32,000 bases of DNA from Candidatus Saccharimonadota bacterium (lineage in GTDB: Bacteria > Pseudomonadota > Gammaproteobacteria > Burkholderiales > Burkholderiaceae): assembly GCF_964019745.1 (NCBI RefSeq), contig NZ_OZ026462.1:304620-336619 (forward strand), in the 5' to 3' direction. A program made the position numbers and the translations under genes. The stretch's first letter is position 1; each line of letters opens with the position of its first letter. The notes beneath the pieces are model-generated. The model ran no database searches and was not told the DNA's origin. It saw nothing but the letters and a program-made list of their open reading frames with translations. Shown here piece after piece: positions 25,324-32,000 of this stretch.

Positions 25324-26634
25324 TTATAATTTAATCATTCCACTTGCTACAGTTTGATTAGTATTTTTATTAATTAATATAAAAGATCCTGTTGATTTAT
25401 TATTAATATATTCATCAAAAACAATATTATTTTGAATTTTAATAATAACATTTGCTATATCATTCATTTTTAATGAATTTGAAAAATATTTTTTTTGATT
25501 ATTAATATTTAATAAATATTTAATTTTTACAACATTTGCTATTACTAATTTTGTAGTATGTTTTAATAAATATTTAGAATTTATATTAAATTTTTCTTCT
25601 GATAACCAACATAAATTAGCTTTAAAAATTTTTAATAAATATGGTTTTTTATTTAAAGAAACTAACATATCACCACGAGAAATATCTATATTTTCTTTTA
25701 AGAAAATTGTTATACAATTACCACTAAAAGAAATATTTAAAGATTTATTAAAAAAAATAATATTTTTAACAGTAACTTTTTTTTTAATAGGTAATAAAAG
25801 TAATTTATCATTAATTTTTAATTTTCCTGATTTAATTTGACCCATATATCCACGTTTTTTTTTTTTATAATTATTATATTGTGCAATTAATTGTATTGGA
25901 AATCTTAATGATTTATGATGAGTATAATCAACAATTGGAAATGTTTCTAACATTTCTATTAAAGTTTTTCCTTTATACCATGATAAATTTTTACTTTTTC
26001 TAAAAATAATATTTTCTCCATATAAAGCTGATATTGGAACAAAATTAACATTTTTAATATTAAATCTTTCAAAAAAAATTAAATAAGAATTTACAATTTT
26101 ATTATATATTTTATAATCATAATTTATTAAATCTATTTTATTAATTGCTATTATAATATGTTGAACATTTAATAAATTTACTATAGTAGTATGTCTTTTA
26201 GTTTGTGTTAATAATTTTACTTTTCCATTTTTTTTATATTTTATTTTAGAAGCATCAATTAAAATAACAGAAACATCTGCTGTTGAAGCACCTGTAATCA
26301 TATTACGAGTATATTGTTTATGTCCTGGAGTATCAGCAATAATAAATTTACGTTTAGAAGTAGAAAAATAACGATATGCTACATCAATAGTAATTCCTTG
26401 TTCTTGCTCTGCTTCTAAACCATCAACAATTAATGATAAATCAATATTTTTATAAGAAAATTTTTTTTTAAAAAAATTAAGAGAATTTATTTGATCAATA
26501 AAAACATTTTTACTATCATATAATAATCTTCCTATTAGAGTACTTTTACCATCATCAACAGATCCAGCAGTAATAAATCTTAAAATTTCAGTTTTTTTAA
26601 AAAAAAATTTACGACTTTTTTTAGAAAAAAACAC
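25324..26634 (-). CDS. cysN: Sulfate adenylyltransferase subunit 1 (GTPase), with no fused APS-kinase domain
   Basis: G1 GSVDDGKSTL, G3 DTPGH, G4 NKIDL. At 436 aa it is too short to carry a CysC domain. The GTG start at 26634 overlaps the cysD TAG by 1 nt (TAGTG). Confidence 0.93.
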   Translation of the reverse strand: MFFSKKSRKFFFKKTEILRFITAGSVDDGKSTLIGRLLYDSKNVFIDQINSLNFFKKKFSYKNIDLSLIVDGLEAEQEQGITIDVAYRYFSTSKRKFIIADTPGHKQYTRNMITGASTADVSVILIDASKIKYKKNGKVKLLTQTKRHTTIVNLLNVQHIIIAINKIDLINYDYKIYNKIVNSYLIFFERFNIKNVNFVPISALYGENIIFRKSKNLSWYKGKTLIEMLETFPIVDYTHHKSLRFPIQLIAQYNNYKKKKRGYMGQIKSGKLKINDKLLLLPIKKKVTVKNIIFFNKSLNISFSGNCITIFLKENIDISRGDMLVSLNKKPYLLKIFKANLCWLSEEKFNINSKYLLKHTTKLVIANVVKIKYLLNINNQKKYFSNSLKMNDIANVIIKIQNNIVFDEYINNKSTGSFILINKNTNQTVASGMIKL

Positions 26635-27535
26635 TAAAAATAACCTTCTTTTTTTCGTTTTTCCATAGAATTTTCAGATATTTTATCATCCATACGAGTT
26701 TCACCGCGTTCAGTAATTTGAGAAATAGAAGTTTCTAATATAATTTTTTTTATTGAATTTGCGGTAGAAATTATTGGACAAGTACATGTAATATCTCCAA
26801 TTGTTCGAAATCTTACCATTTTTTTTTTTATTTTTTTATTATCAAATTTTTTAGTAATATTTTTAAAAAATGGTTTTAAAAAACCTTTATCAGATATTAC
26901 AACAGATCTTTTATGAGCAAAATAAATACTAGGTACAGATAATTTTTCATGATATATATAATGCCAAACATCTAATTCTGTCCAATTAGATATTGGAAAA
27001 ACTCTAATATTTTCACCTAAATTAACTTTAGCATTATAAATATCCCATAATTCTGGTCTTTGTAATTTAGGATTCCATTGTCCAAATTCATCTCTAAAAG
27101 AAAAAATTCTTTCTTTTGCTCGTGATTTTTCTTCATCACGACGAGCTCCTCCAATACAAGCATCAAATTTAAATTCATTTATAGCTATGTAATAGCTTGT
27201 ATAGTATTTCTAGAAATACTATCTTTAATATATATAGAATTATTTTTTATAGAATTTTCTACCATTCTAATAATAATATTTTCTTTTAATTCTAAAACTT
27301 TTTTATCTCTAAAATTTAAAACTTCTAAAAAATTATAACCAGTATCAATATGTAAAAGAGGAAAAGGAAATTTATTTGGTCTAAAAGCTTTTTCAGCAAT
27401 ACGTAAAAGAACAATAGAATCTTTACCACCAGAAAATAACAAAACTGGTTTATTACACTCGGCTACTACTTCACGCATTATATAAATAGCCTCTTCTTCC
27501 AACCAGTTTAAATAATTTTTTTTTTTAAAACTCAT
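26634..27535 (-). pseudogene. cysD: Sulfate adenylyltransferase subunit 2 (CysD), reading frame interrupted by an 11-bp insertion
   Basis: The N-terminal part (27185-27535) carries the PP-loop LLFSGGKDS and HIDTGYNF. The rest (26634 to about 27215, other frame) reads [45 protein letters not shown]...MVRFRTIGD...KKEGYF, colinear with E. coli CysD. A premature TAG lies at 27185-27187. Deleting 27181-27191 restores one 296-codon frame. Confidence 0.88.
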
Positions 27536-27647
27536 AAAATAAATTATTTTTTTAATTATGCTATATATTATGTGTATACGTATTATAAAAATACATTTAT
27601 TAAAAATATTTAATATTAGTAATTAATTATATAATTTTATATATTTT

Positions 27648-28334
27648 TTATATATAATGTATACCACACTCCTTTAAATTATTTTTTTCCCACCACCATC
27701 TTCCAGATCTTATATTTTCTTTATCTAAAATAGATCTAGTACATGGTTTACAACCTATTGATTCATAATTTTTATTATATAAAATATTATATGGGATTTT
27801 ATTTTTTATAATATATTTATAAATATCTTTTCTTTGCCAAAATAATAAAGGATTAAATTTTATATTATTATTAATAATATCTTTTTCTTTAATTTTTAAA
27901 ATAGATCTAAATAATGATTGTTCTATACATCTACCAGTAATCCAAGATCTATATTTTTTTAAAATTTTTTTTAAAGGTTTTACTTTTCTAATATAACAAC
28001 ATTTTTTACGTAAATAATTTTTTTTATAAAATGCATAAATTCCAAATTTTAAAAAATATTTATTTATATCTTTTCTATTTGGATAAATAATAAATATTTT
28101 ATAATTATATTTTTTTTTAATATATTTAATTATTTTTAATGTTTCTAAATGTAAAAAACCTGTATTTATAGTAAATATTTCAATAGAAAATTTTTCTTTT
28201 AAAATTATATCTGTTAATACCATATCTTCTATAGATAAACTAGAAGCAAATATAGTTGGTGAAAAATTTATACAAATATTGTTTAATAATAATTTTGTAT
28301 AATTTATTAAATTTATTAATCTATTATTTTTCAT
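27648..28334 (-). CDS. cysH: Adenylylsulfate (APS) reductase, thioredoxin-dependent, Fe-S-cluster type of the CysH family
   Basis: The Cys-Cys pair (LRKKCCYIRKVKPL), the CxxC (SIGCKPCTR), RSGRWWWE and the C-terminal ECGIH match the bacterial APS-reductase pattern rather than the cluster-less E. coli PAPS reductase. Confidence 0.88.
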   Translation of the reverse strand: MKNNRLINLINYTKLLLNNICINFSPTIFASSLSIEDMVLTDIILKEKFSIEIFTINTGFLHLETLKIIKYIKKKYNYKIFIIYPNRKDINKYFLKFGIYAFYKKNYLRKKCCYIRKVKPLKKILKKYRSWITGRCIEQSLFRSILKIKEKDIINNNIKFNPLLFWQRKDIYKYIIKNKIPYNILYNKNYESIGCKPCTRSILDKENIRSGRWWWEKNNLKECGIHYI

Positions 28335-28355
28335 AAAATATTAAAAATTATTAAT

Positions 28356-28883
28356 TTATAAAAAAAATTTTTTAAATTTACGATTTTTTCTTAAAAAAAG
28401 TGGTTTTTTTTCATCAAATGATGATTGATATTTTTCAGAAAAATCATATAAACCATTAAAAATATTAAATATATTTTTATTTTTTTTTATTAAAAAAGAA
28501 TTAAAACCTACACGTTTCATATAAAAAATTTGATCACGTAACACATTTCCTATAGCTCTAAGTTCACCTAAAAAATTAAATTTATTACGAATTTCATATG
28601 CTAAAGAATAACCTCTACCATCTAAAAAATTAATAAAATTTATAGCTATTATTTTAAATTTTATTTTTTTTTTTTTAATTTTTTTAAAATTTTCAAAACT
28701 AAAAATCCAAATTCCTATATTTTTTCTTTTTTTTAAAAAAAAATAATATTTATTCCAAATATTTATATGAATAATTATTTTACCATTAGGTATAATTATA
28801 TTTTTTAATTTTTTTTTATTATTAATATAAAAAATTAACCAATTATCATTTAAAATAATATTATTTTTAATTATTATAGACAT
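28356..28883 (-). CDS. DUF934-family protein (uncharacterised partner of betaproteobacterial sulfite reductase)
   Basis: FLDGRGYSLAYEIRNKFNFLGELRAIGNVLRDQIFYMKRVGFNSF matches the conserved DGRG(F/Y)S...GELRA.GDVL.DQ...R.GF core as I recall it. It sits between cysI and cysH. Confidence 0.75.
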   Translation of the reverse strand: MSIIIKNNIILNDNWLIFYINNKKKLKNIIIPNGKIIIHINIWNKYYFFLKKRKNIGIWIFSFENFKKIKKKKIKFKIIAINFINFLDGRGYSLAYEIRNKFNFLGELRAIGNVLRDQIFYMKRVGFNSFLIKKNKNIFNIFNGLYDFSEKYQSSFDEKKPLFLRKNRKFKKFFL

Positions 28884-28911
28884 ATTTTTATAATATATAA
28901 CAAATATTAAT

Positions 28912-30561
28912 TTATAAAGAATATATAAAAATTTTAAATAAAAATATTCCTAAACGATTAATAACTTTTAAAAAAATTTCATTTTTAAAACGATATCTTA
29001 AATATATTTGTAATATTTTATTAATTATTAAAGGAATTTCTTTAGAAGAAAAAGATGGACCTATAATTTTTCCAATAGAAGAAAAAAAACCTTGAGAACC
29101 ACCTAAAGAAATTTGATACCATTCAGTATTATTTTTATCTATCCCTAATATACCAATATTTCCTACATGATGATGACCACAGGAATTTATACAACCAGAG
29201 ATATTTAAATTTATTTTTCCAATATTTTCTTGAAAAAATATATCTTTAAAAAAATGTGAAATATTTTTAGAAACAGGAATAGATTTAGCATTTGCTAATG
29301 AACAAAAATCTCCTCCAGGACAACAAATAATATCAGTTATTAAATTAATATTAGAAGAATTTAATTTTTTTTTTTTAAGTTTTTTCCATAATTTATATAA
29401 ATTATTAATTTTTACATTAGGAAAAACTAAATTTTGACTATGCGTTACACGAATTTCTGATAAACTATATTTATCAGCTAATTTAGCAATAAATTTCATT
29501 TGTTTATATGTAATATCTCCAGGAGGGGTTTTTATTTGTTTTAATGATATAATAACTATAGAATATCCAGGAATTTTATGTTTTTTAATATTATTTTTTA
29601 ACCATAATTGAAAATTATTATTTTTTTTTTTTTTAAATTGAAAAAAAAAATCAATATTTTTATATTTTTTGTATTTTTTATTTATAAAATAATTGGATAT
29701 TCTTTTTAATTCTTTTTTTGTTAAAGTAGAAAAATTATTCTTAATAAATAACCATTCTTTTATAACCTTTGCTATAAAAGTTTTTATACCTAAAAAATTA
29801 ACTAAAATTTTTATTCTAGATTTATAAATATTATCTCTTCTACCATATTTATTATATACACGTAAAATAGCTTCTAAAAAAGTAATAATATGTTTCCAAG
29901 GTAAAAAATTATAAATAACTTTTCCTAAAATTGGAGTACGACCCATACCACCACCAACAAAAATTTTAAATCCTATTTTTTTATTCTTTTTTATGATATT
30001 TAAACCAATATCATGTAATAAAAGTACAGCTCTATCTTTTTTAGAACCACTAATTGCAATTTTAAATTTTCTAGGTAAATAAGCAAATTCAGGATGAAAA
30101 GTACTCCATTGTCTAATTATTTCTGCAAAAGGTCTAACATCAATATTTTCATCATTTGAAACTCCAAAAAATTCATCAGAAGTAATATTTCTAATACAAT
30201 TTCCAGAAGTTTGTATTGAATGCATTTCAACTGTAGATAATTTTTTTAAAATCTTAGGAGTATCTTTAATATTTATCCAATTAAATTGAATATTTTGTCT
30301 GGTAGTAAAATGCCCATATCCTTTATCATATTTATTACTAATAAAACTTAATATTCGCATTTGTTTTGAAGATAATAAACCATATGGAATAGCTATTCTT
30401 AACATATATGCATGTTTTTGCATATAAATACCATTTTGTAAACGTAAAATACGAAATTCTTTTTCAGATAATTCTCCAGAAATATAACGTGAAACTTGAT
30501 TTTTATATTGTAATAAACGTTCTTTAATAATTAATTTATCATATTTATCATAAACGTACAT
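28912..30561 (-). CDS. cysI: Sulfite reductase hemoprotein (siroheme/4Fe-4S nitrite-sulfite reductase family)
   Basis: The 549-aa ORF has the duplicated NiR/SiR fold. Cluster and siroheme Cys ligands occur in CCPGGDFCSLA and SGCINSCGHHHVGNIGILG. The RQNIQFNW and TSGNCIRN motifs are also present. Confidence 0.9.
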   Translation of the reverse strand: MYVYDKYDKLIIKERLLQYKNQVSRYISGELSEKEFRILRLQNGIYMQKHAYMLRIAIPYGLLSSKQMRILSFISNKYDKGYGHFTTRQNIQFNWINIKDTPKILKKLSTVEMHSIQTSGNCIRNITSDEFFGVSNDENIDVRPFAEIIRQWSTFHPEFAYLPRKFKIAISGSKKDRAVLLLHDIGLNIIKKNKKIGFKIFVGGGMGRTPILGKVIYNFLPWKHIITFLEAILRVYNKYGRRDNIYKSRIKILVNFLGIKTFIAKVIKEWLFIKNNFSTLTKKELKRISNYFINKKYKKYKNIDFFFQFKKKKNNNFQLWLKNNIKKHKIPGYSIVIISLKQIKTPPGDITYKQMKFIAKLADKYSLSEIRVTHSQNLVFPNVKINNLYKLWKKLKKKKLNSSNINLITDIICCPGGDFCSLANAKSIPVSKNISHFFKDIFFQENIGKINLNISGCINSCGHHHVGNIGILGIDKNNTEWYQISLGGSQGFFSSIGKIIGPSFSSKEIPLIINKILQIYLRYRFKNEIFLKVINRLGIFLFKIFIYSL

Positions 30562-30605
30562 TTATTTATTTATTTTAATTAAAAAAATTTAAAGATTTTT
30601 AAAAA

Positions 30606-31673
30606 TTAAGATTTAGATAATTTTTTAACTTTATAATATGACACTAAATTAGTAATTAATTTTTCTAAATTTCCATCAAGAATATGATTCAAATTATAAA
30701 ATGTTAAATTTATACGATGATCTGTAATTCTATTTTGTGGAAAATTATATGTACGAATTTTTTCACTTCTATCTCCTGTACCAATTAATAATTTACGAGT
30801 TTTTGAATTTTTTATTTGTTTTTTTTTTATTTTTATTTTTTTTATTTTTATTGATAATATTTTTAAAGCAGAAGATTTATTTTTATGTTGACTTCTACTA
30901 TTTTGACACTCTACAGTTATTTTTGTAGGAAAATGAAAAATTCTAACTGCAGAATCAGTTTTATTAACATGTTGTCCTCCAGCTCCAGAAGCTTTAAAAG
31001 TATCAATTCTAATATCTGAATTATTAATAATAATATCTTTTATTTCTTCATCTTCTGGTAAAATAACTACACTGCATGTAGATGTATGTATTCTACCTTG
31101 TGTTTCTGTATTTGGAATTCTTTGTACTCTATGTACCCCAGATTCAAATTTTAATAAAGAATATACATTATTTCCTATTATACGTATAATTATTTCTTTA
31201 TATCCACCTTTTTCAGAATGAGAAAAAGAAATTATTTCATATTTCCAATTATTTTTTTCAGAAAAACGTGTATACATACGTAATAAATCATAAACAAATA
31301 AAGAAGATTCTGCTCCTCCTACTCCTGCTCTAATTTCTAAAAAAATATTATTTTTTTTTTTTTTTTTTAAAATTAGCATTTTTTCTAATTTGTTAATTAA
31401 TAAAAAAATTTTTTTTTTAGAAATATTTATTTCTTCTAAAATATATTCTTTTATTTCTAAATCTGATAATAATTCTTTTATTGAATTAATATTTTTTAAT
31501 TCTTTTTTATATAATAAATAAGTTAAAACGATAGGTTTGATTGTTGAATATTCTTTAGAAATTTTATTAATTTTTTTAATATTAAAATTAGTATTTTTTT
31601 TAGAAAAAAAAATTTCTAATTTTTTAAATCTAAGTGTTAATTTTTCAAGTTTTTTAATAAGATATTTATTCAT
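30606..31673 (-). CDS. prfA: Peptide chain release factor 1
   Basis: GGQ motif (SGAGGQHVNKTDSAVRI) and the RF1 codon-recognition loop QRIPNTETQGRIHTS (PxT type, not the SPF of RF2). Confidence 0.95.
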   Translation of the reverse strand: MNKYLIKKLEKLTLRFKKLEIFFSKKNTNFNIKKINKISKEYSTIKPIVLTYLLYKKELKNINSIKELLSDLEIKEYILEEINISKKKIFLLINKLEKMLILKKKKKNNIFLEIRAGVGGAESSLFVYDLLRMYTRFSEKNNWKYEIISFSHSEKGGYKEIIIRIIGNNVYSLLKFESGVHRVQRIPNTETQGRIHTSTCSVVILPEDEEIKDIIINNSDIRIDTFKASGAGGQHVNKTDSAVRIFHFPTKITVECQNSRSQHKNKSSALKILSIKIKKIKIKKKQIKNSKTRKLLIGTGDRSEKIRTYNFPQNRITDHRINLTFYNLNHILDGNLEKLITNLVSYYKVKKLSKS

Positions 31674-31795
31674 TTATATAATTTATTTTTAAAAAAAAAT
31701 AATTTTTTTTATAATATATATTAAAATATTAAATATTATTATAATATATAATATATTAAATAATATTTAATTATTTTTTTTAAAAATATATATTT

Positions 31796-31868
31796 TGCTG
31801 ATTGCAGGTTTTGAACCTGCCACCTCCTGATTACAAATCAGATGCTCTACCAAATGAGCTAAATCAGC
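31796..31868 (-). tRNA. tRNA-Thr (anticodon UGU)
   Basis: The reverse complement is GCTGATTTAGCTCATTTGGTAGAGCATCTGATTTGTAATCAGGAGGTGGCAGGTTCAAAACCTGCAATCAGCA. It gives a 7-bp acceptor, D-arm GCTC/GAGC, anticodon loop TTTGTAA, and T-arm GCAGG/CCTGC. No encoded CCA. Confidence 0.88.
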
Positions 31869-32000
31869 TTTTTAAAAAAATTTTTTAATATTTTATTATA
31901 TTAATTTTAAATATTTTAATATTTTTATAAAATTAAATAAAAATATTTAATATTATAAAAATTTATTTAATAATAAATATTAAATATTAATAATTTATAT

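Noticed and set aside
26634-26819. 61-aa stand-alone ORF (MVRFRTIGD...KKEGYF)
   Set aside because: It is not an independent small gene. It is the C-terminal end of cysD, and the stop-free frame extends upstream to about 27215, covering the central CysD domain.
27536-27647. Possible CysB-type regulatory site upstream of cysD (G/C-containing patch tatgctatatattatgtgtatacgtatta with a GTATAC palindrome)
   Set aside because: A single short palindrome with no repeated half-sites does not support a binding-site call without a known regulator in this genome.
30737-30928. 63-aa ORF on the plus strand
   Set aside because: Antisense inside prfA. The Phe/Leu/Tyr-rich sequence is the mirror of Lys/Asn/Ile codons, so spurious.

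Overview
This 32-kb window comes from an extremely A+T-rich, heavily reduced bacterial genome of the obligate-endosymbiont type. Gene order points to Betaproteobacteria: rlmN-hisS-der-hisZ, rpsF-rpsR-rplI-dnaB, and cysI-DUF934-cysH-cysD-cysN-cobA. The organism cannot be named from sequence alone. I support 30 protein-coding genes (one partial at the left edge, one frameshifted) and 4 tRNAs, which stand out as the only GC-rich islands. I see no rRNA, mobile element, CRISPR array, prophage, or recognisable defence, toxin or secretion system.

Content falls into two groups. The first is housekeeping: hisS, der, ileS, tsaD, dnaB, rplI, rpsR, rpsF, rnc, lepA, rpmF, prfA, rsmE, dut and trxB. The second is a compact sulfate-to-sulfide module (cysI, DUF934, cysH, cysD, cysN) with its siroheme branch (cobA, cbiX, hemC).

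The points most worth a second look are:
- cysD is broken by an 11-bp imperfect tandem duplication while the rest of the pathway is intact.
- An uncharacterised DUF934 gene is retained between cysI and cysH, and no cysJ is present in the window.
- A 723-bp composite satellite (7-, 6-, 14- and 3-bp units) separates cysN from cobA.
- Several 0.55-0.9 kb spacers are almost free of G and C, including about 620 nt with none.
- Conserved clusters have collapsed, with apparent loss of priB, lepB, plsX-fabHDG and hfq-hflXKC.
- TGA is absent as both stop and sense codon in the called genes, and Trp is TGG at every codon I inspected.

I found no convincing evidence for a wholly new multi-gene system. 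The novelty candidates are the DUF934-dependent sulfite reduction and the repeat and spacer architecture.
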